NCBI RefSeq assembly: GCF_039654945.1
Contig: NW_027361754.1
Coordinates: 8,866,001 to 8,930,000, forward strand
DNA length: 64,000 nt
DNA from: Dendrobates tinctorius
Lineage: Eukaryota
Reading direction: 5' to 3'
Within the stretch, counting starts at the first letter, position 1, and each line of letters begins with the position of its first letter. The notes beneath the pieces were generated by a model. The model was not told the origin of the DNA. It searched no databases and saw only the letters and a list, made by a program, of their open reading frames with translations. Shown piece after piece: positions 41,628-64,000 of this stretch. A program made the translations under genes and the position numbers.

Positions 41628-42210
41628 CACCCCCATGCTTAATGGTTGGTGAGATGTTCTTTTCCTGAAATTCTGTGCACTTTTTTCTCCCCTTTCTCCC
41701 CTTGATCATTGAGAGATTTATTTTAACCTCATCGGTCCACAGGACTTGTTTCCAAAAAGCATCAGGCTTGTTTAGATGTTCTTTTGCATACTTCTGATGC
41801 TGAATGTTATGGTTTACTTCTGAGGACTCTTCTATGAAGGCCATATTTGTGCACGTGTCTCTGACCAGAAGAACAGTGTACCACAACTCTAGAGTCTGCT
41901 AAATCTTTCTGAAGGTCTTTTGCGGTCAAACAGGGGTTCTGGTTTGCCTCTCTAGCAATCCTATGAGCAGCTCACTGAAATTTTGTTTGGTCTTCCAGAC
42001 TTTATGTTGACCTACACTCCGCTCTGGCAATCAGGGATTGCCAGTGTTCGTTTCATACTGCCTGGTTCTCGAGTTGGAGGCATTGGTTGTTTGAGGAGGT
42101 GTTTGGAGTGTTGTTCAGAAGACTATTACTTGGTGATTTGTCTGTCTGCATATCCTCATCCTCTCCAATTTGATTTTTTTCTTCCCGGTGTTCCACTCTG
42201 TCGTTTCTTA

Positions 42211-42577
42211 GGCTACTTTCACACTTACGTTTTTTTGCGCTGCGCTCCGTGTGCAGTGCAAACGCATATAAAAAATGCATCATGCGTTTGTGTGCGCTTT
42301 TTTGCGGGTTTTGGTGTGTTTTTTTGCGCACCCATAGACTATAATGGGTGTTTGGCTGTAAAAAAATCCAATTGCATGCGCATGCTTTTTTTTGGGGAAA
42401 GTCGGACGCACAAAAAATGCAACAGGATGCAATTTGTGCGCCTGAGCGCACACTACAAAAAACGCATGCGCGTACAAACACATGTGTATGCGCACCCATG
42501 TAAAAGATAGGGGAAAAAAAGCATGCGTTTTTTTGCGCTAAAAAACAGCGCAAAAAAACACAAGTGTGAAACCAGCC
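42211..42577. mobile_element. PIF/Harbinger-like palindromic MITE
   Basis: tta|ggctactttcacact ... agtgtgaaaccagcc|tta; internal tgcg/cgca inverted repeats around cccatagactataatggg. Confidence 0.8.
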
Positions 42578-42959
42578 TTAGTGTATATTTTTAGGATTGG
42601 CATTTTCATTTATCCTTGTGTGTCTTCCCTTGTTAGTCTGGTTTGTGTATTCTTTTAATTTACTATTCCCCACTTCACTGTGTGTCATCGTTAACTTTAG
42701 GCCTTTTAGAGATCATTTCATCTTCAACTTGCTTAACTGTTTACAATAACAGTAATTTAGACCAGGGGTGCCCAAACTTTTACATTCCACTGTACACCAT
42801 ACGCTCACTATCCCAATAACCAGTCTAGTACTTTAAGTGTCCGCGGCCTCAATCAATCACTCGTCAGTCAATTGCGTAATTGTTCCGACGACTTCAGGCA
42901 GCGTAGTTGCGTACGCTGTCAAACTGGTGACGGAAGTGGGATCTCTCTGCTATTATATG

Positions 42960-43305
42960 TGACACCGCACAAGACTTGACAAATACTGGGAACACCCCAC
43001 AAGATCCTCGGTATTCCAGGAACATCCCATTAACCCTTTTGATTACCGAAAAGCCCCATGAGATGTGCCATATACAGGGAACACCCCAGAACGCCTGCCA
43101 AAAACCGAGAACACCCCACAAGACCCTCCATATACTGGGAACACCTGCTGAATATTATCGAGAACACCCTACAAGACCCTCCATATACTGGGAGCACCCC
43201 AGAACATTTGCCGAATACCAAGAACACCCCACAAGATCTGCAGTATACTAGGAACACCCTTATAAACCTGCTGAATACTGGGAGCGCCCCACAAGACCCA
43301 CTGTT
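42960..43305 (-). repeat. 30-bp minisatellite family B (reverse orientation)
   Basis: gggaacaccccacaagaccctccatatact units. Confidence 0.85.
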
Positions 43306-46300
43306 TACCCAAATTGTATCTTTTTTCCTAAACCTGAAAAAAATGGCAAAGGCTCATGCTTTGAAAATGTGTCTGGCCACCAAAATTGTACTGTGTGCCC
43401 CATCATCCCCAAACTGGAAGCCACTGGCCATATGTCTTTCTCAGCCCCCTCCATGCCACAGATGAAGCTGATGTTCTGCAGATCCACTCCATGATGTCTT
43501 TTAGGTGTCGTTGTGGTGCCTTTGATTCATTATTGTATTATTCTCGTATATAATTAGCTCTGGCGGGGGCACACAGGACATGTTAGAGGGCTCACATTTC
43601 ACCTTGGCGCCGTCAGCCGATTTTTCATTTTTGCACTGAACACGCTGTAATGGAGGCTTCTCGCCTTTGTAGCTTTTATTTGATGCTGTTGAGATAGGAA
43701 TATTTGCCGGTTGCCCTCAGTCAGATCTTAAGAAGGTCACTTTGATTTCTGCGAACATTCGCTGGAAGACGCCACTTGGGAATAGCAATTTAATTCCGTC
43801 AGATCCGCGGTGACAAGAATAGGCAGCGGTTCTGTGACTAATTACAGCCGGTGAGGAGGCGGCCGCGTGCCCCGTGATGGTTAATTTAGATGTGGATGAG
43901 CAGAGGGTTTCTTCCTGGCGTATGTCACATTCAGCGCAGCATATTCCACATGGCCCTATAACAATGGCTTTCACCTCACAAGAAGATGAAGGCGGGAATG
44001 TCACAGCGCAGGCAGCGCCGAGTTACAGATCACTCGGCCTCCGGGATTTAGACAGCGAAGGCCCATATATCGGAGAAGTGCTTATACAGCAATTCTTAAA
44101 GCGCTCCGCTCAGCTCTGCAGACATACTCCTTATGTAATAACATGATTTCTTGTTGTGCCGTTCCGGTTATTCCTACTGGAAAAATATTTTGACAATTGG
44201 CATCTTCCTGCTAAAAAAGGGATCAAGGAGTGGGCGCGTCTTCTTTAACCCATCAATGTAGTTGCTATCGGTTACGTTTCTCGACAGAGATGTGGTTCTT
44301 CCAAGCAGCGTACACAGATAATAAATATATGGAATCTCCTTTTTCTTGCCCCTTATAGGAATTGCCAGCACATATAAAATAATGATCTCTCTTTTGGATA
44401 GGTCATCAATATCAGGATCAATGGGGTCCGACACCCAGTACTCCCACCGATCAGCAGTTTGCAGTTCAAATATACACAGTGTACAAAGTCAGATCAGCAC
44501 AGCGCCGTACACTGTGTTGTGGCCATCTTCGGTACTACAGCTCAGCTCCTATTGATGTGAATATGATCTGAGCTGCAAGATTGAGAACGACAACTCTGCA
44601 CCAAAGATTGAATTGTCCTACTGTAAGATGCTGCACCTGTAAATCCAGACAGAAAATATATTGCATAGCCGACTCGTTTGAACAAAACCTCTTGTATCTG
44701 ATATTAGGTCAGCAATTGGCAGCAGGTGCAGAAAGGGAACCGGGATGCAACAAAGCCACCGGATGAGACGACTTCATAGCCAGAGGGGTGCAAGGCGGAA
44801 GAGGGACATAGGCTTTGGCTGCTTTCCCCTAACCTGGGGACTGATTCCAGGTCTTTGAATGAATGAATATGGATGGGGCCTTATAGGCAGTTCCCTACTA
44901 CACAAGTATAAGTATCATGTAAGTCATGTAAAGGAGAACCAATGTCATCCAGAGATCGGCAATAACAATCCACTGACAATATCCATCTGGCAGAATTTTC
45001 CTGCTCATCATCGCATGCAGAACACATATTTTACTGATTTGTCCTGACTTGCACATATACAAATGGCAAAAGCCAAATGACTTCTGACAGCTCGTTATTA
45101 GCCGCATGCTCCCTGGAGAGTCGCAGATTATTGTGCCATTAGTATCAGATCCCTCGTGTCTGCACAGCGTCAGGTGCAAAAGGAAATAATGATGAGGACG
45201 GTGTGATCCCTGGACGGTCCGTCGCATCCAAATTCAGCCGAAACTACCAAGGAAACAATATATTCTGGAAGTGACATTCATGCAGTCGTAAGATATACAT
45301 TGGTAGAGGGTCCGAGAGATAAATCGCCCCCTGTATATTTACATGTGAAACTCTTTTTCACTAGTTTATATTTAGCCGCCGTTCACCACAAACATCTTGG
45401 GCTCGGTCCAGCATCTGGTAATGTTATCACGATGTTACTTCATCTCTGAGCCCCATTTTCATGACAGCCATAATCTACGAGGAGCAGCGGCAGATGACCA
45501 GGTGGAGGGGGCAATTACCAGATGAACTGTAAGAACAAGGGACGTTTTCAGTCTCCTAAAATGAAAATTTAGCTTGGACTACAACATCGAGGACATAGAT
45601 ATAGCAGATAAACACTGACCTTTTTAAGGGGAGACAGTAATTTTGATGAACTATCCTTAGGATACATCTTCAATATCAGATCGATGGGGGTCCGACTGTG
45701 ACACTCCCACCAATCGGGTAATTAAAGGGGCCATGTCGCACCGGAACTAGCACAGCGCTATACAGAACATTTTGTAGTGGCCGGGAATGGTACTGCAGCT
45801 CCATGCAAATCATTTGCATGGAAAAGAGCTGCAGTACCATTTATGGCCACCGCAAACAGTACAGTGCTGGGGGATGCTTCTTAAAGGGATACTCTTATCT
45901 TGGATTTTTTCCAGCATATTTTCCATCTACAACATTTTATAAAGACCTGATAGCTGCAAATATGGGGCTGTGAACCCTAAACCGAAGAACTGGATCTGTC
46001 TATATATACTTCAATGGAGAGGTGACCCCCGTGGCTGGAAAAGCAGCAGGTTCAGCCAACTATAGTATAGTTAAACTTAAGCCGAGTTCAGACAGTCATA
46101 TGCTTCAAGGTTTGTATATGGACAGCAACAACCCGAACTTACCAAATCATAAGCATATAGGATGGTATAAATATGGATCAGGAGACTAGTGGTCAGTCCA
46201 GGTGTTGGGGTCTGTTCATCTATACCCGTCCTTATGCTGCACTAAGGAGTGGACACAGTTATATCAATCAAGATGTCAGCTAAACCCATTATTACCAGCT

Positions 46301-47307
46301 GCACAGCTCGCAGAGGGTTTGTTACAATGTATCAGTCCAGTATCGTCTACACTAGATACAATTGTATCCAGTGGGAATAGTTACATACAGCAAGCATACA
46401 GCAAGCAGTAATACTGAAAAGGATAAAAAAAAAAAAAAAAAAGTTTATTACTAAGTTGTACAACTTTTCATGCAAATACAGATTAATCTGTTTGGCTAAA
46501 CATCTACTGCAATGGTAGAACTATAAATAGCAGCATGTCTCCATCAGAACTTGGTACTGGGTTTCTGAAAAATACTTTTATTATTGAATAAGTTCATTTT
46601 CTCCACCAATGTCTAAACAAATTGTAAAGACTCGTCTTCAATTTCATCCCGGGCAGATATTTAAACCTGCAACATGCTAGACATTGCAGACACCATCCTG
46701 ACCCCGATATTAGGAATATCTTCACACCCCAAACAAAACCCTGCAGCTGACTGCCCCAAGCTCAAGTTACACCTCCATTAAAACTGCTGAGAGCAGTGAT
46801 GCCAAGAGAAACCCAATCACCCTGACCTGGCGTGCCACCACGGACCACCAAGAACCAGGCACACCGAGAGAGACCAGAAAATAGGGATTCTGCTGCAAGA
46901 AAAACTATTGGGAGATTAACATAAAGGATAAGTGAGAGATTAATCCATTAACTGCTTACTTCGGCTGCTGCAGAACCTCATTTTTTATAAAGAACTTCAG
47001 GTTAATCACAGATTGAATAATCAAAAAAAACCTCTTAAAATTAAAGTTCTGCAGCAGCTGCAGTAGTCATCTGCCCAAGAAAGCCATACACAATAAATGC
47101 TTCCTTTATGCTCATTCTTTCTTATGACAGAACAGGAGGAAGAACGACCTGAAGAAAAATCTGTAAAATATCTGCAGGGAAAGAGGAAAAGATGAGCGGC
47201 GCCGACGTAGAGCCACTTATCTCTGTACAGTCATAAACCACTGAGAGCAGGAGTGATTAACACTGGAAATCTGGTGAAAGCAGAGGTTAGACGTCTCCAA
47301 AGTGACT

Positions 47308-47475
47308 GATCCTGTGGGGCGTCCCCAGTAAACGACAGGTCCTGTGGGGCGTCCCCGGTATATCATCTTGTGGGGTGCTCCCGGTATATGGCAGGTCCTG
47401 TGGGGTGCTCCCGGTATATGGCAGGTCCTGTGGGGTGTTCCCAGTAAACGGCGGGTCTTGTGGGGTGTTTCTGGT
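47308..47475 (+). repeat. 30-bp minisatellite family B
   Basis: cctgtggggtgctcccggtatatggcaggt units. Confidence 0.8.
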
Positions 47476-48388
47476 AGACAGAGATCCAGGTGACGCCTTC
47501 TCATCAAATTCTCAGATCTCAGTCCGATCAATCATCTGTGTGAAGAACTGGAAATACGAGTTGGGTCCATTGAGGCCGCAATGAGCAACTCACAGGAATT
47601 ACAGGATCCGCAGCCAATACTACAAGACGCCTTCAGGGAACTTGTGACATCCGGATATCGACGGGTGATACAGGGGGAGCTACATTGTATTGTTGTTATT
47701 ATTGTTATGGCTGATCGGTGTGTATACAGAAAAGTCTTGGATACATCTTAGTTTGGTAATACAATGCCAGCCGCCCTTGGAATATGTGCTCTAGACGTTC
47801 CCAGCAAGTCGCCAGCTCGGCGCACACCTGACGCTGTACAATTAACTTAATGGGGGATTTAATTTACAAATTTGTGGCACAGAAGATGACAGTGGCGGCA
47901 CGAACAAGGGGGATTATGCTTAATCCTCATCTGCAGAGCACAGGAGCCGAGGAGGAGGCTGAATGTGTGGGCCGGAGAGGAAGATATCAGTAATGTGGAC
48001 GTCACAATGTACAAGTGACTTCTCTATAGAAGGGGTGAAATTGGCAGATCGTGTGACATGATTTGGACCTCTCAGTCAGACGCCAGGTTTGTTGCCCATC
48101 ACCCTCTGCATACCATAAAGCTACAGCACCGAGTGGGCTAATGGCAACAATTTTACAAAACGAAAAATGAGCTTGATGCCGTTGTCGCTTCCCTTCCCCC
48201 ACTTTTCTTATAGCAAATATAGAATAATTGAGCACCGGATATCCGTGAAATAAAAGGACATTAGTCAAGGAGATCGCTTTAAGTACTGGAGTTAAAAATG
48301 TGGGGTCCCAGGTGTAACCCTCGCACCCCCCAATGGCTGAATGAAATCCTGTTTAATCCAAGGAGAAGAAAATTTGATATTGGTATAA

Positions 48389-48394
48389 TTTATT
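48389..48394 (-). terminator. LZIC: Candidate LZIC polyadenylation signal (AATAAA)
   Basis: tttatt on the + strand ~260 nt downstream of the LZIC stop. Confidence 0.55.
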
Positions 48395-48650
48395 ATTGTA
48401 CAGTCACATTACAAAAGAACAAGTCTATGAAAAAATGTGCGTGGAGAAGACATCGAACACTCCCGCACATTGTAAAAATGTTCAAATAAAAAAATCTACA
48501 CGGACGGTAACGCCATTATCCATGGGATGGATCCTAGAAAAATCCCCAAAGTATGAAAACTGCAGATACAAAACTGAACACGTACGTCCCCCAGCCAACA
48601 CCATCCGGCCTGTGCAAAGCGAAACATCGCCCACGTCCTGCCATGACACC

Positions 48651-59997
<11,347 letters not shown>

Positions 59998-60529
59998 TTA
60001 CAGGAACTGGGGAAAAGTACTGTCATGTGGAAAGATGGCTGCCGGCTCCAGCACTGGAGCTGCAAAGACTAGAAGCGCCATATTCTGATAAGTGCTACCA
60101 GTGGAACAACAGTGAGGAATGAGACGCCAGCAGCACGTGAGAAGTGAGAAGGAGCTCCAGACTGGGGATGAGCAGAAGGTGAGGATAGAGTATTTCTGCC
60201 TGAGGCTGTAATGATCTCAGCTGATTATGGGAGTGACATAATTCTAAGTCAATTTGTATGATGACATCGTATTGTGCGCAGCCGCTATGGGACGTGACAC
60301 TTATCTGGACAGAAAATGCCAGGATATTTGCAACCTGAAAGCCAGTCGTCAGTCAACAGTTAGGAAAATGGCATTGCAGTTGCCACTCATATGACAGGGG
60401 CATCTTGTACCATGTACAATGCAATACATCAAACGTACAAATATGTGCACTGGGACTTACTGAAGTATGATGCATATGCAGGAGTGGGCCAGGAAGGAGC
60501 GCACATCAGCACATACAGGGGGTACGGCT

Positions 60530-61920
60530 CAAGTGTTCTTAGACCGTACAGCAGATATTACGTGAAAGTCCCCAGGCCATACTGCGGATATGGAGTGAGA
60601 ATCTCTGGACCGTACAACCGGCACGACATAAGGGTCCCCAGACCATACAGCTGGTAAGGCAAGAAGGATCCCAAGCTTACAGCGAGCATGGTATAAGGGT
60701 TCCCAGACCGTACAGAGTGCATGGCACAAGGGATCCAGACCGTACAGAGCGCACGGCGCAAGGGATCCAAGACTGGACAGCGGGCCTGTCACGAGGGTTC
60801 CCAGACCGTGCAAAGCGCACAGTATGGCACTAGGGTTCCCAGACCATTCATCAGGCACGGTGAAAGGGATCACAGACCGCAGAGAGGGCACAGTGTAAGG
60901 TGTCCCAGACCATAAAGACGGCATGACGAGAGAGATCCCAGACCACAGTGTGAGGTGTCCAAGACTATACAGAGGGCACAGTATGAGAGATCCCAGACCA
61001 TATAGAGGGTACTGTGCGAGGTATCCCAGATCGTATAGCGGGCACATCGCAAGGGATCCCAGACCATAGCGAGAGCATAGTGCAAGGCGTCCCAGACCAT
61101 ACAGCGGGCACAGTGTAAGGTGTCCCAGGCTATACAGAGGGCATGTCACAAGGGTTCCCAGACTATACAAAGGGCACAGTGCAAGGTGTCCCAGACCATA
61201 CAGACGGCACAACGAGCGAGATGTCAGCCGTACAGCAGGCACAGTGTGAGGTGTCCTAGACTATATAGAGGGCTGGTACGAGAGATCCCATACTATATAG
61301 ACAGTATGGTACAAGGTATCCCAGACCGTACAGCGGGCACATCGCAAAGGCTCCCAGACCGTAGAGAGGGCACAGTGCAAGGTGTCCCTGGCCATACAGA
61401 CAGCACGAGAGAGATGTCAGACCATACAGCGGGCACGATGTGAGGTGTCCTAGAATATACAGAGGACAGGGTGCAAGAGATCTCAAACTGTAGAAAGGGC
61501 ACAGTGCAAGGTGTCCAAGACTGTAGAGGTCATGGTCCAAGAGTTCCCAGACCGTACAGAGGGCACATCGCAAAGGCTCCCAGACCGTAGAGAGGGCACA
61601 GTGCAAGGTGTCCCTGGCCATACAGACAGCACGAGAGAGATGTCAGACCATACAGCGGGCACGATGTGAGGTGTCCTAGAATATACAGAGGACAGGGTGC
61701 AAGAGATCTCAAACTGTAGAAAGGGCACAGTGCAAGGTGTCCAAGACTGTAGAGGTCATGGTCCAAGAGTTCCCAGACAGTACAGAGGGCACAGCACGGA
61801 AGTTCCGAGACCATACAGCAGGCACGGTACGAGGTGTCTCAGACTATACAGAGGGCACGGTGCAAGTGCCCATACAGCAGGTACTACGTAAGGGCACCCA
61901 GGTCATACAGCGGGCACAGA
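60530..61920. repeat. Degenerate ~33-bp minisatellite (cccagaccatacagagggcacagtgcaaggtgt) in LZIC intron 1
   Basis: About 40 degenerate units; source of the repetitive CPLYGLG pseudo-ORFs. Confidence 0.9.
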
Positions 61921-62424
61921 GTGGATGGACTGTATATCCGGCACTATGTTCAGATAGTTTTTTCCATTCACAAACGGCTTTTTCTAGTCTGGATTTTCCC
62001 CATTTATTTTAAAGTGAATCCTAAAGCCCAGAATTAGATGGCTGCTCTGAAACTTTTTTTTTTTACGTTTCTGCAATACAAAAACGCACATAAAAACACG
62101 AGAAGGAATTTGTGCAGAAACGCAGCAGATTGCAACGTAGAAACCGGCGATGTGAAAACCAATCCGGAGCTGCACATACTGGTGGGAGTTGCTGCAGATT
62201 TTACCCAACGCCGGTGAAGGGTTAAATCAGCAATGAAGATCCTGAACACGGAGCATGACGGATGCAGGACGCGTCCTGGGCTACTGCAGACAATGACCTG
62301 CCCCTCCCTCCTTACACTGCAGCCATGGTCCTAGCCGGGTGCAGGGTGAGGGCAGTGCCCCCGACCAGAACCGTCAGTCCACACCCTACAGGTGACACAG
62401 ACACACCGCCGCCACATTACTGCT

Positions 62425-62586
62425 CCCTACCTGGCTCCAGCGCTGGCTTCACTAGGGTGCGCGCATCCTGATGACGTCACTGCACGTCAACCAATGGACG
62501 AGCGGGGCTGAGGTTTCCTCCAATAAGAAAGCACTTTTCTTTTCTTGTGCATCGCTTAATATCTTCCCCCATGTGGACGGTGAGTA
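62425..62586. promoter_or_regulatory. Bidirectional promoter: LZIC non-coding exon 1 (minus) and a divergent gene's exon 1 (plus; NMNAT1 expected from synteny)
   Basis: Minus-strand donor CAG|GTAGGG at 62431/62430; palindromic CRE TGACGTCA 62472-62479; half-CRE acgtca ~62484; CCAAT 62491; plus-strand donor ACG|GTGAGT at 62579/62580. Confidence 0.65.
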
Positions 62587-63239
62587 CCGGGGGTGTATTG
62601 TTGGGGGAGCGCAGGTGACAGATGTGTTATGTTTCTGTGGCACTTGTGGTCTCTGTGCAGGTGGAGCAGCCTGCAGTGCAGCTACACGACTAGACAGAGA
62701 CTCAGAGAAGCACAAGGGCAGTACACGTCAGGTGCAGGAGGAGCGACCTCCAGGTGCCCACTCTGGCCCCGTGCAGTGGTGACAGTCACCGCCCTGTACT
62801 CCTGGTCCTCACCTGCATTTCTCATTGGGACCTGTCCAGCGACGCCCCCTGTCCACGTCCCGTTCACTTTCACTAGTTCTGCAGGAGTAAGAAATAGGCA
62901 CGGCCAAAGATCATGGCTGGCAATGGAGGTGGATGGAGCCCAGACTGCGCTTCACACACCCTGGCCTGGTCCAGCTGACCCGGGGATCTGCCACCGACCT
63001 CCGGGAGAGCGAGAGGGCTTCCTAAATCCGAGAGTGTCCCCTAGGCCTGGTGATGGAGTTATGCTCCTGTCATGGAGGATCCCACACTCCTCCCCACTGT
63101 CCCAGGTTCCTCCAGCATTAGACAGAGGTTGTTCTAAGACTGCAGGCCTTCTGACTGTCCTGGAAATATGTGGTCATTATCCTTGTAGAACAGCCTCCGT
63201 ATGATGTTCACTGTGTACTGCTTCTCTTGTCTGTGGCCT

Positions 63240-63540
63240 TATGGGGTCTCCTGCCCTCGTGGGGGCCCTTCTTTAGCCAAGTTTGCTGTCCCTCATCGAC
63301 CCTCGTGGGGCTCTGTTTCCTGCCCTCACTGCCTTTGTGAGGTCTCATCTCTTCCCATTTTTTGGCCCCGCTTGCTGTCCCCCTACCGGCCCTCGTGGGG
63401 CCCCATCTATCTACTTACCAGGCCTTGTGGGGCCCCATCTCCTGTCTGTCTACCTGCCCTTGTGGGGCCCCATCTCCTGTCTCTATCGGCCCTTGTGGGG
63501 CCTCAATCTCCTACTCTTGTGGGGTCTTGTGGGGTCATCC
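63240..63540. repeat. Degenerate minisatellite (ggcccttgtggggccccatctcctgtct)
   Basis: About 8 degenerate copies. Confidence 0.75.
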
Positions 63541-64000
63541 ACTTTTCTTAAACCTTTTTTGGACCCTCTGTGTTGCATGTGTCTGTTTTGTTCTTCCTCT
63601 GAGTAGCCCAAACATTATGGCCACAAGTTTCATCCTTTCCATGTCACCTTCTTGTCTTTCATCTGTGATTGATGGCTTTATAAACCTGGTTCCTTCCAGG
63701 GCCTCTCAGAGATATTGGACATTTTCCCTGTAGGACATTTTTTTAAAGTGCATTACCAGTGACAAAACTGATTACTTATTTTCCCCCCAAAAAACAGGAC
63801 TCTACATTGTAATGTTTTAAAGATTGAAAATAAATAAACAGTTACTAGATGAGGGTCCTCTAATTAGCACCCTCATAGCATGGTCAGAGTGGAGCGGTTC
63901 TAGAAAGTGTCTCACCCTCTGGAGGATCTGTCCTGTCTTGCATTACACAGATAACATGATAAAATTAGTGGCGCAATGTAATATGTTTCCTCTAGGGGCA

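Larger units (their letters stand above)
39097..42792 (-). mobile_element. Degenerate Tc1 element hosting nested L1, SINE and MITE insertions
   Basis: TA|cagcagcatgtaaaaatttaggcacc ... ggtgcccaaacttttacattccactg|TA; transposase remnants WTDEVKI, IKHGG and DNYPKH...WPSLSPDL on both sides of the L1. Confidence 0.85.

Noticed and set aside
45780-45850. pre-miRNA-like hairpin
   Set aside because: Central palindrome of a degenerate TTAA-type MITE related to the sequence at 44380-44570.
60529-61814. Cys/Leu-rich repetitive ORFs up to 237 aa
   Set aside because: Translations of a 33-bp minisatellite; open in several frames and strands; intronic.
62593-63733. 203-aa and other plus-strand ORFs as NMNAT1
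   Set aside because: No NMNAT motif (GSFNPITxxH); low complexity. The NMNAT1 coding exons must lie outside the window if the gene is present.

Overview
AT-rich, repeat-dense vertebrate genomic DNA. The transposon families (TTAA MITEs, V-SINE, DIRS, many Tc1) point to an anuran amphibian; the species is not identifiable from sequence alone. Two complete minus-strand protein-coding genes can be spliced by hand with GT-AG introns. CTNNBIP1/ICAT has coding exons 18137-18042, 17878-17788 and 10150-10092 (81 aa), and a probable non-coding exon 1 and CpG promoter at ~34.9-35.25 kb. LZIC has six coding exons from 59826 to 48651 (190 aa). A compact CRE/CCAAT promoter at ~62.4-62.6 kb has outward-facing splice donors on both strands, consistent with the LZIC/NMNAT1 head-to-head arrangement; no NMNAT1 coding sequence is in the window. 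The rest is mobile DNA and tandem repeats: an ORF-intact DD36E (Incomer-type) Tc1, several DD34E Tc1 copies (one with a single nonsense mutation), a Tc1>L1>V-SINE nest with intact target-site duplications (TSDs), a DIRS retrotransposon in the last LZIC intron, CR1, hAT and MITE elements, 88-bp and 90-bp satellites, and a tandem array of CTCF-like motifs. There are two assembly gaps. The strongest observation is that the last three LZIC exons (96/82/59 nt) mirror the three CTNNBIP1 coding exons (96/91/59 nt) in size, phase and alignment, a fingerprint of tandem partial duplication. No wholly new biological system was found.
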